This document shows, one piece after another, positions 1 through 13,199 of a stretch of 64,000 nucleotides of DNA. The DNA is from Dudresnaya verticillata. Its lineage: Eukaryota. Each line of letters opens with the position of its first letter. Within the stretch, counting starts at the first letter, position 1. The position numbers and the translations under genes are program-made. The notes beneath the pieces were generated by a model. It saw only the letters and a list, made by a program, of their open reading frames with translations, was not told the DNA's origin and made no database searches. The DNA is taken from assembly GCA_977862235.1 (NCBI GenBank), contig OZ374561.1, positions 2,046,001 to 2,110,000 of the forward strand, read 5' to 3'.

Positions 1-1110
1 TTGAGGGCACTGGAGGAGCAGAGCACATATGCCTGCATTCTGTGCCGGTTCCGCTTTCCGGATCGGGTTGCCGGCCACACACAAGGCCCTAGAGATGGTT
101 CGTTGCCAGGAGCGCGTATTCGGGCAATGAAGGCCAACGAGCGTTCGAAGAAACTGCAAAAGTGCGCTGCGATTGGAAGGGAGAATCGGCTTCCCCTTTC
201 AGCACTACGTGTATCGCGAGCTGTCCGCAAGAGATTGTTCGCCAACGGTGGCAACAGAGCTCCTTATGCAGACATTCGATTTGCCAAGCTGTGTGAACTC
301 TTGAATGAGAACGCATTTGCTCAGATCCGTGAACGGGGCGGAGGGACTCAAAGGATTTGCCTAGGATGCAAGTCGGGTAACCAAGAGGATGAAGTTGAGG
401 GCGCAAACCGCATGAAGCGAAAGCGGTTGGAACCCACGGATGAACAGGCGCTACATGGGTGCGCGGAGAAGTCGTGCCGAGTGTTTATGCACATGGGCTG
501 CTTACCCGAAGAGAAGTCGCCGAAACGGAAGCGCAGTTCTGGTATTTTCTGCCCGCAGCATAGATGCTCTGTATGCTGCAAAAAGGATGACAGTGGGCTT
601 ATCAAATGCCGAACGTGTCCGGTCGCGTACTGCAAGCAACATGCGCCGAGCCCAAGTACTGTACACACGTTTTCGGAAAGGCTGATTGCTTGTCCTAGGT
701 GTCGACCCAGTCTCGAAATGCCCCAGCAATCTACGTATCGGCTCGCTCAGCACACCCACAAAATCCCAACCGCTGCCCACGACAATTCCTACCCTTTGGC
801 ATTGGCAATCTCACGGCAACAGGCAGTTGAGAGGGTGCAGGCAATAGTTGCCAGAAGCTGTGCTGCCGATAGTGCCCTCATCGCTGCGCAAAAGAGTACT
901 ACCCCGACGCCGTACCGCCACTCGGAACCGAGCACCCCATCAGAAGTGCGAAACGAGACCGCTGCCGCGGCCAAGTCGCCGGACAACAGAACAGATGCAC
1001 ATTCGCCAACCCCGGCACCGGTGGAGGCCAAGGTATCTGGTCAACCAAGTCCGAGCGCAGAATTGCCAGATCGAGTGGAACCGATGTGCATAGAAGCCAA
1101 TGTGAAGTGA
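1..1110 (+). CDS. PHD-finger chromatin protein, C-terminal part (NSD/ASHR3-type Cys/His fingers); 5' end outside window
   Basis: Frame open from base 1. Clustered CLGC...CAEKSCRVFMHMGC, CPQHRCSVC and CRTCPVAYCKQH...CPRC motifs, then a disordered tail and TGA at 1108-1110. Confidence 0.7.
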   Translation: MRALEEQSTYACILCRFRFPDRVAGHTQGPRDGSLPGARIRAMKANERSKKLQKCAAIGRENRLPLSALRVSRAVRKRLFANGGNRAPYADIRFAKLCELLNENAFAQIRERGGGTQRICLGCKSGNQEDEVEGANRMKRKRLEPTDEQALHGCAEKSCRVFMHMGCLPEEKSPKRKRSSGIFCPQHRCSVCCKKDDSGLIKCRTCPVAYCKQHAPSPSTVHTFSERLIACPRCRPSLEMPQQSTYRLAQHTHKIPTAAHDNSYPLALAISRQQAVERVQAIVARSCAADSALIAAQKSTTPTPYRHSEPSTPSEVRNETAAAAKSPDNRTDAHSPTPAPVEAKVSGQPSPSAELPDRVEPMCIEANVK

Positions 1111-1483
1111 CGCGTCAAGTTTTACACACCAAGCCTAAATAACTTCATCCACATCAACTGAGCAACCTTGCTCCGGTGGAAACTAAATTTTGAACTTCAC
1201 TAACTACTGCGATCGAATCGCACGGTGTAACATAGCCTCTCGACAACCCCCCAAAATAAACAAACACAAGTATCCACGACATTATTGCCATATCCTTTCA
1301 TGCTCAGTCGCAGTTGTATTTGAACTGTTTTTTTATGATCATGTTGTTGTTTCCAACGTTGATAGTTGTCGCCAACTCTAGACATTGCTACGGCTGTAGC
1401 ATGCACACAGGAACGGAAATCATGTTGGTAAGGTTACAGATATGCTGTAATAAATGTTACGTAGATACACAGAGAAAACGCTA

Positions 1484-4039
1484 TCAGTTTTGAATCCTGC
1501 CTGGCATTGCTGCTAAATCAGCATTGTTGTGCGCCGAGTTCCGCTGATGCCGGGCAAGGCTTGATTTGAGGGCAAAAGACTTCTTGCAGACCGTGCAAAC
1601 GTGTTTCTTGGGCGTCTGTTGATGTGTTCTTTGGTGTGCCATCAGATTGTAGCGAGTTCCGAAAGCTTTCCCGCAGTGGCACTTGTGGTCACGTTTCTTG
1701 AGATGCACGGTGTCGATGTGCATCTTCATGTGGGGACGTTGACCAAACGTGCGCTGGCAATACGTGCACATCCATTTCTTCTCCCCCCTGTGAGTGGTGG
1801 CAACATGTCGCTTGAGGGAGTCCACCCGGTTGAACGAATTGGGACAGTCTTGACAGTGGTAATCTCGTCTCTGGCTGTGCTTGGACGACATGTGCACCTT
1901 GAGATTGTATCTCCGAGTAAACACGCTTTTGCATATCGGGCAAGACAGGCCCTGCGTCGTTGCGACGGATGTCGGCGACTCGCCGCCACTGCCATGTAAG
2001 TTGGGTGCCGACGAGGGAAGAGAGGTTGGTGGCTGCGGGGCCGACTGGACCAGAGTAGGTGGAGTGATGGTGACTGCCGAGAAGGATGGCGAGGCCGGGG
2101 AAAAGTGTGACTCTGGATTAGCATTATCCAACTGATCCGCACGCGGCTTGGTCAAGTCCTGAATGCTGATCTGGTTGGAGCCCATTCCCCTCCGCTGCAC
2201 ATCGTCCGTCGTCGGAATCTGCAATAGGCCATGTTGCTGCTGCGCATGGTGCTGTACCTGGGCGTGTTGGTGGTGGACCTGCGACTGTGACACACCGCCG
2301 CGTACTGTGTTGCGGCCCAACATGAGGTGCGAGGAGGAAGCATCGAGTCCTGGGCGGCCTTGTACAGATGCATGAAACGGGGACACCGAAGACGCGCCGT
2401 GCAACAAAACTTGAGGGTGGGGAATGGTGGGCGTTTGGTAGGACAGTTGTTGGCCCATAGCCATGGACTGGGAAACCTGCAGGGAAAAGGGGTGCTGCGT
2501 GGCAGCCGCGGCGGCAGCAGCGGCCGTGGCGGCATTTTGCAGCGCGGACGAGGTGTGGGCGGTGAGAATGGAGGGTTGTGGATTGGCGGAGAGGGAGGGG
2601 CGGGCCGAAGGGTCCGGGTCGGACGCGACCAGGACCTGACGCTCGATGGAGCGCTGCGGGTCAATATGGATGGGCATGTTCATCGCGACGTTCATGTTAA
2701 GCGGGTCCTGCTCGGGTTCCGGTAGCAGGGCATCCATGACGGATTGGACCTGGCCGTGTGGGAGATGGTCGTTCGAAAAGGCGGATGACACGAGTGCAGC
2801 CTGCATGTCCTGCGGGCGGCTCGTCTGCAGCCCCGCCAGGTTGATGAGATCATCCGCAACGTCGACCTCGTCCTTGAAATGCGGGTGTGGGAGCGCGGGC
2901 AGCAGCACAGGATTGGGTTGGGCAGCCGGATGATGCGCAGGATGGTGCGGGTGCGGCGGTTGGTGAGTAGATTGGGGGTGAGTGACCGAATGATGATGTT
3001 GTTGTTGATGATGCTGCGAATGCGCCAGATGTTGTTGTTGTTGCTGCTGTTGGTGCGACGCGGATTGATGCGGCTGCGACGAGTGGGCGTGCTGTTGCTG
3101 CTGTTGTTGTTGTTGCGAAGCTGATTGAGACTGATGCAAAAGCGTGTGCAGGGACTGGCCCTGCGTGGCCGGATGCTGCTGTTGTTGCTGCTGGGCGTGG
3201 TGGGTCTGCTGCGGCTGAGAATGATGCGGAGCGGCCTGAGCGTAATGTTTTCCTTGATGTTGTTGCTGCTGCTGCTGCGAAGGGGGCTGATGATGCGATA
3301 GCGAATGTGTGACGGGATGCGCAAGCGGCGGTGGATGGTGCTGGAGATGCTGCTGTTGTTGTTGTTGTTGCGGGTGATGTGTCTGGGACTGCAGGAGCGG
3401 TGGCGGATGCGACGGGAGCGGGAGGTGGAGGGCAGCGGACGAGGGAGCATCTGCAGCGACGGCGGCGGCAGCGGCAGCGGCGGCAGCGGCAGCAGCGGCG
3501 TTGGTGGTTGTAGACGAGGCGGTGGTAGTGGTAGCAGAGGCGGAAGCGGCGGCGGCAGCAGCAGCGGCTGCTGCTGCAGCAGCGGGCGAGGCGGGGGTAG
3601 GGGAGGCAGCAGCAGCGGAGGTGGACGGGACCGGGGCGGATGCGGAGACGGGCGGGGCGGAGTGTTGCAGGTGGTGGGACTGTTGCTGCAGGTGGTGATG
3701 CTGCGACGAGGGCTGGTGGTGTGTCTGGTGCGGGTGCAGCAGCGGGAGGGGGTTGGGCGGGGGTGGCGGTCGCAGCAGATGGGTCTTGAACGGCGGCGGG
3801 TGGTGCGCGGCGTGCGCGGCGTGGTGGTGCGCGGCGTGGTGGTGCGCGGGCGCGGGGTGCGGGTGCAGCGCGGCGGCCGCGGGGTGGTGCACGAGCGCGA
3901 CCGGCGGCGGGCGCGACACGGCGGGGTCGACGGCCGCGGCGGCCGCGGCGGCCGCGGCCGCGGCCGTGGCCGTGGCCGACGGCTCGGGCGGCTTGCGGAG
4001 CGCGTGTAGCGTGGGCGGGAGTGCCGGTGCGCGCGGCAT
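1484..4039 (-). CDS. C2H2 zinc-finger transcription factor with a His/Gln/Ala/Pro low-complexity N-terminus
   Basis: Five C-terminal C2H2 fingers (CPIC..H..H, CQDC, CTYC, CHC, CTVC). Likely start MPRAPALP at ATG 4039; the upstream in-frame extension is GC-rich sequence containing poly-C and (CA)n tracts. Confidence 0.88.
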   Translation of the reverse strand: MPRAPALPPTLHALRKPPEPSATATAAAAAAAAAAAVDPAVSRPPPVALVHHPAAAALHPHPAPAHHHAAHHHAAHAAHHPPPFKTHLLRPPPPPNPLPLLHPHQTHHQPSSQHHHLQQQSHHLQHSAPPVSASAPVPSTSAAAASPTPASPAAAAAAAAAAAAASASATTTTASSTTTNAAAAAAAAAAAAAVAADAPSSAALHLPLPSHPPPLLQSQTHHPQQQQQQQHLQHHPPPLAHPVTHSLSHHQPPSQQQQQQHQGKHYAQAAPHHSQPQQTHHAQQQQQQHPATQGQSLHTLLHQSQSASQQQQQQQQHAHSSQPHQSASHQQQQQQQHLAHSQHHQQQHHHSVTHPQSTHQPPHPHHPAHHPAAQPNPVLLPALPHPHFKDEVDVADDLINLAGLQTSRPQDMQAALVSSAFSNDHLPHGQVQSVMDALLPEPEQDPLNMNVAMNMPIHIDPQRSIERQVLVASDPDPSARPSLSANPQPSILTAHTSSALQNAATAAAAAAAATQHPFSLQVSQSMAMGQQLSYQTPTIPHPQVLLHGASSVSPFHASVQGRPGLDASSSHLMLGRNTVRGGVSQSQVHHQHAQVQHHAQQQHGLLQIPTTDDVQRRGMGSNQISIQDLTKPRADQLDNANPESHFSPASPSFSAVTITPPTLVQSAPQPPTSLPSSAPNLHGSGGESPTSVATTQGLSCPICKSVFTRRYNLKVHMSSKHSQRRDYHCQDCPNSFNRVDSLKRHVATTHRGEKKWMCTYCQRTFGQRPHMKMHIDTVHLKKRDHKCHCGKAFGTRYNLMAHQRTHQQTPKKHVCTVCKKSFALKSSLARHQRNSAHNNADLAAMPGRIQN

Positions 4040-6001
4040 GGCAGAGGAGTGTGCGTGGCGCGGCGGCGCGGCGCGGCGGCGGAGGGGGAGGGTGGGGTGG
4101 TGTGTTGTTGGGGGGCGCGCGCGCGGCGGTCGGGGGGCGGACGGGGGCGGGGGGACGGGGGCGGGGTGTGTGTGTGTGTGTGAGAGAGGGTCTGGATTGC
4201 GAGGGTGTGCGCAGCGCGGCGCTGCTTTTGGAGCGAGCGAGCGAGCGGCGGGTGAGCGAGCGGCGGGTGAGCGAGCGGCGGGGCGGGGCGCAACACGCGC
4301 GGCGGCGCGGCGGTGCGGCGGGGCGGCGCGGCGACACGGCCGGAGCGAGCAGTGTGGGCGCGGGCGGAGTGCGCGCACGGGGGGGGGGGGGGGGGGGGGG
4401 GGGACGGGGCGCGCGAAGAGCACAGCAAGCGCGGGGGTGTGTGTGTGTGTGTGTGTGGGGGCGGGGGGCGCGCTCGCCGTGCCACGGGTCGCGGGGCGTG
4501 ACGCGCGTGACGCGGGCGCGCGGCGAAGGCCTGTTTGGCGCGCGGCGTGACGCGCGCGTGCTTTTGCGCGCGCGCGCCTTTTCGGTCCGCGCGGCGTCAC
4601 GCTCACCTTCCGCGCGCGGCGCGCGGCTACACTGCTTGTGCTCGCTCGCGCAACGCGCGCCACCGGCCAATCACGCGCGGCGCTCGGCGGCGGTGGTCCG
4701 CCGGCGCGCCGGCTTCGCCTCGCCATGCAGCCGCCACGCGTCCGCCGCCGCGAATACAGTGTACAGCACAGCATGGCCCGTGCGCACACACTCTGCTCGC
4801 TCTCATCGTCGCGCGCGGCGTCTGTCGCCCGCGGTGACGCGCTCGCCCTCACCCGTCGCGGTCCGGCCGCGGCCCGCGCCAACTCAGCTCTCGGCTCAGC
4901 TCAGCTCTCCTGTAGCATTCCGTTTCGCCGCCCGCCACCGAACAGAAAGAAACATACGCGCGCGCGCGTGGTGGTGGTGCCGCGGCCCGCGCGCCCCGCC
5001 CTACGCGACACTCCGCCGCCGGCGACGCGCTTGTCAACAGCGCTGCCTGCCGTAGATACAAGTGCTTCCACACAGTGGCGACTGTAACCGCGGAGCGCGC
5101 TCTCGTCAAACGCGTTTGGCCTTCTCGATATCGACGGCGGCGCGCGCGCCACCACCGGCGCCGCCGTCTGGAAGCAAATCGGTCTCTCGCGCTCCCTCCC
5201 TCCCTCCCGCCGCGTTTACCTTTGTGTATCTACCCTCGCCGAAAAGAGAGCGAGAGAGAGAGAGAGCAACGCAGGGCGGCTGTCGGCGCGGGTCTGGACG
5301 CGGCAGCGAAGCACCGGTGCAGCTTGGCCCAATCACTTTGCAACGCGGGGCGGCCGCAGCAGCACTTGGCTGCCAGCTTTCTACGCGCGCGCGCTGCGTC
5401 CACGCCGCCGCGCACGGGCCGTGCCGCCGCGCCGCCGCGCCGCGTCTCCGCCTCTCGCGCGTGCGCGTCTTGTTGTCGGTGCGGCGGCGCCCATCAGCCG
5501 CCGTCGCGCGCGCGCGCCTTTCGCGGCGGCGCATGTCCGCGGCCGCGGCATTCCCAAAAGTGTAATGCGGCGCAATGCAAAAGGGTAATGCCGCGGCGGC
5601 GCGGCGGACACGGGCGGAGGCTTCTTTGCGCGTTGTATACAGTGCTGCTGCTGCTGTACAGTATCTCTCCCGCCGGCGCAGTCCGCGCCGGTGGCATACA
5701 TGTACATGTAGATACAATGCAACTGTTACTGTCCCTGGCGCACCGGCCGGCTGCGGCTTCTCTACCTACCCGGAAAGGGGAACGTGTCGGTATCTTCCTA
5801 CCCTACCGTCATGGCCGCGCCGCGCCGCGCCGCGCCGCGCCGCGCGCGTCGGTCGGCAGCGGCTGCTGCGCGCTGCTTGTCGCACGACGCGTCGGTGGCA
5901 TCGCTGCCCGTTCCGCGTGAGAGCGAGACCGTCTGACACTAGAGCGGATAGCTGCGCGCGCCCACGCGCCGTCGCGCGCAGCCGGCTGCTTGAGCGCGCG
6001 C

Positions 6002-6033
<32 letters not shown>

Positions 6034-9000
6034 TCGCTGCGCGGTCGTACAGTCGGGTATCATGCGGCGTTGCGAGTGGGGGAGGAGCGGCGGCGGCGCA
6101 CTTTCAGCGTGTCACGACTGACGGAACGAGCGGGGGGGGGGGGGGGGGGGGGGGGGGGGCGAAAGCAAGCGCGAATCGCCCCGTGCGCACAACGCGGTGC
6201 GCCTGTGTCACGCGGCGCCGGCTGCGCGATGCAGCTACATTACAAAAAAAGATTGCTTCTCTGCCGATCGACGCGCGCACAGCGCGCAAACACTCGCCGG
6301 CCTATAATTAGCGCACGATCGCGTCGCCGGCGCAGAGCGTCTGAAGACAAGCGCTACGCGCTTTTAGTGCGCGCCCCGTCCACACTAACGACGCGCACAT
6401 ATGCACCAACGAGCAGCACTGCGCATTGGCGCGCGCGCGAGCGCGTCAAACGGCCGCAGCAAGCAGCTTGTAAGCAGCGCGGCAGCGCGTTACGCCTTCA
6501 TTCATTATTCGGCCAACGCCTCCACGCCTCCACCATCCGAGCGACACTCTCGCGGCGGCAACCAAAGAAACTCCCAACGACAAGACACCTCGCAAACGCA
6601 CCTCCAAGGCGCGAAGCGCCCCATCCGGCACCGTCGCACGCCGCCGGCCCACCCGTCGCCTCGCGCCACTTCACGCGCGCGCGCGCGTCCTCGCATGCAG
6701 TTGGCCGTCGACACGCGCGCGGGTATAAACGCAAAAGGCGTACACTGTCGCGCGCGCGGCTTATTCTTATACACTGCTCGCGCGGTGATACACCGCGGCC
6801 GCCAAACGCAAAGTCCTCCCACCGGCACCTGTCCCGAGACAACCACGCCGTCGCCGTCGCCGCCCCCGCCCGACCACGACGCCGGCCCTCCCTCCATCCC
6901 TTCCGCGCGTCGCCCCCTTGGAACCTCCCCATTTGCGCCCACGACCGCCGCCGCTGCCACTGCGCTTTGCCCAATCGCCGCCGCCTTCACATCTCAACAA
7001 CAACATTTCTCAAGCATCGTCCTGCCCTCATATTTGTTTTACGCTGCTTTTATACCTTCTTGCCCTTTTTTCTCCTCATGGAAAAAAATAAAAAAAAGGG
7101 GGCCTGGCCTGATCTGGCAACATATATGGTCCGCCAGGTCCAACCTTTCCTTTCCTCACTGCCTGCCTCTGCCCACGTCCTCTTGCATGTGCTTGTCTTG
7201 TCACACCTATTTTCGCTACTTTGCACAACTTCTCGCAACAACAACAACACCTTATTGTTGCAACTAAAATCAATCAATCACCCTCACAAACCTCACACCT
7301 CACCATTTCCTTCAACGTCTACCTGTCTACTGTTCGAACAGTAGAGCAGCCACGAACAAACGCAACAGGCAAACAACCCAAACCCTTATCTGCAACACAA
7401 TGTCCCCATCTTTGTACCCGTTCATACACTGTGACCCTCATCTCACCGTTTACCGCTCTCAACTTGAAGAAATCAACACACCGCGTATAATCCCAAATCT
7501 CTCCCAAACCCACACAATGGCACCCGTATAAACACTCTTGATCATTCACAATACAAAAACCAAACGCTTCTCCTCAAACAACTACTGTACCGTGTCATAA
7601 CATAAGATACCGCCCTTCGTCCTCGTCACTCCTGACTTTCCTTCTTTCCTGCCCCCTTTTGCCGGATGCCCACCACCGCCATGTTTGCGACATAGAATCA
7701 GAGTATCGCGAGAAAAAGACCCCCTGTCACACCCTGCTAACACTGTAACTTTCTCGTACACCATTCAGTCTCGCATGCACTCGAGCCCCCACGACCCCAT
7801 CCGTCATCCTTACTGCACGCCCACACACACGCACACACAAACCACGACCAACACAATCACCATCTTTGCAGAAAAAGAAAAACATATCACCGTTCCAACT
7901 CCGAACGACCCTTTATTATATCTTACCAGTCACTCTGTTTAACCCTTTCGCCGTGTAGCGCATTTGTGCTTGCTCTTCTTTTTTCTTTTTTGCATGTGCA
8001 AACAACGCATAACGAGTTGCAGGAGAATGATCATTGTAAAAACTTGTCTTGCTTCGACTGCATACAGTATACAACCGCCGCTTCGGTGTAACATGTACGC
8101 GAGGTGGACATCGTCATTCATGTTCTCCAAACACAGGCGCCCAACATGTGCGGCGTGTCACAGAAAGCCCGCGAAACGTGAAACGCTCAGTTTAACCGTT
8201 AGCGCAATCTGTCGAGAAAAACCATGAGAGAGACCCGCTTCAAAATCTCTCAACCACGGCCGCCCCCCGCAACACTCTTGCTCAAACCTCTTCTGCTCGC
8301 GTCTGCTGCTCGCAACCTAGTAACGTTCGACACGTAGCTTCCGAGGTAAACCCCATGCTTGACACGAATCCCTGTCCTTCAAACTTTCAAATTACACAAC
8401 AACTACCACCACTACAATACTTTGTCTAGCCTTGTCATCATGCGACATTCATCACGTCCATCATGTCAAACCACTTCAAGTCTACCGTTTGAGTCTCCAT
8501 CACCCTAGAGCAAACTCACCGATAACCTTCACACCAAACGGTAGCGCCACTCCCACCATCACATCGCAAATACGAAAGCCTGTACCCTTAACGAACATCT
8601 CCCCAGAAGCCCTATGCAGTTGCGGAGCAAAAGCTCCGCACCAGAGCCGCCAACCTACCTTCCTGAAACCTCTTTTTTCGAAACGGCAAAACCTTCCTTT
8701 CCAGCAGCCCCCCGCCCCAAAGATACAACACATCGCTCACTAGCTCGACTTGCTGATACAACTTGTGTGCAACATGCCAGGGCTTGCTGAGCCCAGCGAG
8801 GCCCACCTTGTCACGAACCCTCACACTTTCCCTTCCATGACGTCGTCGCCAGCATCCCCAAACCCGTCGCTGAACAACCCGCGCGCGCAGCGCACAGTGA
8901 CGCACAGAGTCCACCTGAGATACTCTTCCCAAAGCAGCGCTTGCTGGTCTTGTCTCTACGCTTCTTGACGTGCACCGACATGGGATAAGTGAGAGGAGAA

Positions 9001-9374
9001 GAGCCGTTTTGATAGAACATACCTTACGATTTAGATCACGCTGAAGAAGAGGAGTAACTCGCCAACTCCTTGCTTCATGCTCAGCGTTCTTCATGGTTCA
9101 GCGTTGCTCGCCAGCAGTTGTTCAGCGAGAGCGGGCTGTTTCGCTGCCGAGCCGCTAGAGAAAAGCCATGCCGGGCCCGCCATCAAATTAACTTGTGCGC
9201 AATACCAGGTGCCCCACTTTTTCCCACTCACTCCCCTTCCCGCGCTACAATTCCGTCTGGGCCGCACGCTCTGCAGCTGTACCGGCCTCATGTTTCCCGC
9301 TTGGACAATAACGTCGAGGCACTCCGTGCATTCTTTCCTAGATCCCCTCTCACTTCTTTCGCTCTTCTACTGCC

Positions 9375-9480
9375 TCCGCCTCTGCCTCTGGCCCTGCCTC
9401 TGGCTCTGCCTCTGGCTCTGACTCTGGCTCTCTGCCCTCTCACGCACTCACTCACTCACTCACTCCTCCTCTCACTCGCT
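9375..9480. repeat. CT-rich microsatellites ((CTCTGG/C)n followed by (CTCA)n)
   Basis: Hexamer and tetramer tandem repeats directly visible. Confidence 0.8.
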
Positions 9481-12400
9481 CGATCAACATACAAGGGAAT
9501 ACGCTAATTCTGCTCTATGTGTGAATAAACGACATATCGCCATGCGTCATGTTTTGCCGCCGTCAGGATCAGTGCATAGCATCCGTCTAGCTCACCAATA
9601 TCGTTTTCACGTCAAAGGATTGCTGAACAGAAGAGTTTAAACAGCATGTAGCTGTGGTTACGTGAGAGAACATTGAGACATAAGGCCCAATGAGGTTTGG
9701 GCGTAGTATAGGCGAGGTCTTCCCCGCTGCAGGAGGACCACGATAACACCTCGATTGGGACGCACTATGCAGGGAACATCCAGAACAGAGGCGACCACAC
9801 AGCGAAGCACATCTTATCATCGCCCTCCCGTCTAGCGGGGTCTGCTCTGCCAACGAGCGTTGCTTTACCAGAAAGGGAAAAACAAAGCAGCTCGACCTTT
9901 GAATAAACACTGTGGTTCGTCGTTGATAGTGTTGTCTGCGCTGCTTTTTGGAGACCGAAAAGGGATGTTGAGAGTAGGGGAAAGGGCTGCAAGAGTGTGC
10001 AAACGAAAAGCAATCCATCCAAATCTCTACCAACTGAAAAGCATGAGCCACTTACAGTAGCACGGCAATACTGTACTGCCTCTTCCTGTGGGCTCCGCTC
10101 ATACCGTTACTTACATCTCTATCGATCACTGAACTTTTCGCAGGGACCCTCTTGCTTTCTTAGCCCCACTTCGTACGGTTGCGAAAGCACAATCGTGTTC
10201 ATCAATCAAATCAAATAAACTCCACCATCGTGTTTATCCATCGCAAACAGACGGACACCTTTCTAGATCAGCATATTCAGGATCGTTCGCGGTCAAGTAG
10301 AAATCGTATTGACGCATTTTTGCTATTCACCTGATGTGCTGTGCCAGCGTGGTCAAGAAGACTTCCATGCTCCACGAATCTCATCATCAAGTCTAGCGTT
10401 TGAATTCCAAGAAAAAGGCAACGTACGCATACGAGTATGATTCTAAGACCTTTTGTAAGCTGGCATCGCCTGCCAGGAGTTCTGCTCCAAAACATTATCC
10501 ACGTTATGTTTCAACCTCGAGTATTGTCTTCAAAGAACAATTCTCGATTCTTCTGGTCATAGGTTATACATAAAGTTGTACGTTAGTGTTGAAGTACAAT
10601 TCGATTCCCGGCAAGGCAATTGTCGGGCTATAATATGTTCGCAAGCTACAATTCTGCTCATTCTGTCTCTTTTCGAGCGGCTCCTGCACACAACAGAGAA
10701 TATCGCGGTGTTGGAACTGTACCGGAACGCAGACTTTGTCTTAGCACTTTGTAATTCCATCCAGCCTGTCACACCGCAAAAGTACAAAATTCAATGAACA
10801 AACGTTCTATTGTACTGGCACCTGGGTGAGTAACGAAGATTATCGTTCTAATATTGTCTGTGATGACAACACGAGGGGTTGTACAGGTTGATACTCAAGA
10901 TAATTTACATCAATACCGTTGATAAATACATCAAGCCTTTTGAGGGCCCTTCTATGTAGCAGTTTTATGAGTCGCAAGCAATGACGTTGCCGATGGAAAA
11001 TTCTGCACTTTAGAAGCAGCATTGATACCTTCAAGCATAAAAAGGAATTGTGTCGTTTACCTGTCTGGAAAGGACTATATTTCTGTATTATAATGCAAAA
11101 GAAGAATCTTTAGGGGCAGTAAAACATCCCAACCCCGTTTAGAGTACGTGTCTATGCCGTTTCCCCCCGTCAACATTATATTGACAGCGTTACTTGATCC
11201 CAGCTACTGGAAGGCGTGATTTAAACGGGTGGATCCACAAAGCTCAGCAGTTGTAAGCATTTTTATGGACTCTCCATTTTCTGGAAGGTGTAACACTTAT
11301 TCGTATGATGACATTGTCATTTACGATCATTGTAATAACAATTTTCCTTCAGAATCGAATGCTCTTTTCACCCTCCAGAAGGGTTTAATTACAACTACAA
11401 TGACCTTTGCTACCCATTGATTGCGTTCAAATCCTCATGAGGATATTCCTCACTTGTGAGTACCTACTCCCTATTACTCTCAACTCGACTTCAGCGAAGG
11501 GCATAATGCAACATACACATAATATACAATGGTCGCGACATACCTGTCACCCTCGAGTTTCGATACAAACTGCAAAAAGCGGTCTGTGGCTACATCAATA
11601 CGTCAATAGGGGGGGAGTTGAGGGCAATGATCAATGAGAGAGGAGTTCAGATTATGCAATGGAATTAAAGGGAATCCGGTAGACAATAAAATTGCATTGC
11701 TTCTTAAACAAAAGTCGCATGCTTTCTCTCTTCTTCTCTCAACAACTCTCTCAACGGTGCGGCACAAACACGTGATCCAAGCAATAGCCTATAGCTCTTC
11801 AAAGGGCCTCAGAGAGCTTTACAAACTCTCAGCACACAAATTACTGCTCTCTATCCATTGATTAATGTTTTGAACGCTAACATAGATACCGTGATATCAA
11901 TCGCAGGAAGTCTATGCGTGACTTCGCCTCTTTCTTTTTGGAAAACTAGCATGTCACTGGAGACTCAAAATTCCGAAGGTAGTTTCGGTCAGTGATGCTA
12001 GATGGATCGTGGGTGAGAAATCCTAATGTAGCTGTAATCGGTTCCACATGAGAAAGTGGAAGGTGGTATCTTGAAGACACGAACTAGGACCAACGGAAGG
12101 GAGAGAGAGAGAGAGAGAGAGAGCGATTCAACATTCAGTGTTGACACTTCGAGGTATCTTGAGAATAGGTCACCTACTGCAACAGAGGCAGCCAGGGAAT
12201 ACCCTTCAGAGCAGGGTTTTGACGCGAACTTGGTAATGGCGCTTCGTTCCGCTGACTCTTCTTTCGCAATTGCATATGGTTGCGAGACCCATTGGTGTGG
12301 ATATTCGACACCCTGTGGGTACATCTTCAGCTGCGAGCCTCTTAATTGGTCATCATGACCCCATGCGCTGCTCAAGGATTATTCTGGTTTGACCAGGTCC

Positions 12401-13199
12401 AGATTCGAGGCTCAAAAGTTGTTTCACCCGCACGAATCACAGCTTCGAGTCTTTTGGCATAGGGAAGACATGCCATAGGTGTGTCACACTGCAAGCAGAT
12501 TTCAAGTCAGACGCGCATATTTACTGTTTTTTTACCATTGGCAGTTAGAACGATAAGAACGATATTATTTCTTCCTTGTCTCTCATCTCAGCCACCGCTT
12601 GTGTTGCTGCAGAAACTTACGCCACTAACCTCTGACACTTGTGATGCTAATGGGAGAACAAGAATTGCGAAAAGTATCGTTTCTTCGATATCGGCTGTCA
12701 GAAGTGACGATTGCGTCAAGGAGAAGAAGCCCCACAATTAGAAGAACAGAGTGTCGTAGAAAAAGAGACAAAATCTATCTCTCAAGTCAACGTACAATAA
12801 GTAGTAGACTATAAACATCCACCAGGGGAGCGGGCGGTGCGTTTATTCGCTTATGTTCTACAATACCCCTATTAGCCCGAATTGAAAAATGACAAACCTC
12901 AAAACACAACAAAAGCCGTGGAGGACTTATAAGGCCAGCAGGTGAAGTGGCCCCATCTCAGATCATCACTTCTCCCATTGCGTCTAACAAGTCCACAAAA
13001 AACATAATCCTTCCGCGGCATTCTTGATTTTGTCAGAAAGTCCTGTCCTGAACTCGTTTCCTCATCCAGTAGCTGATATTTCGGACGCTCGACTACTCTC
13101 AAACTGAACTCTAGCGTAGCCCGTGTAATGGGATTGCTTCGCACTTTGTGGGAGAACAGGCCCAAGAGGAGATTTATTCGAAGCAAGTTATTTATTGCC

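Noticed and set aside
2692..5055. Several long alternative-frame and antisense ORFs over the zinc-finger gene
   Set aside because: Shadows of GC-rich triplet repeats; only the 1484-4039 frame has domains.
5575..7344. 589-aa ORF on the + strand
   Set aside because: Arg/Ala-rich translation running through poly-G, poly-A and (CGTG)n tracts with no domain signal; expected by chance in very GC-rich DNA.
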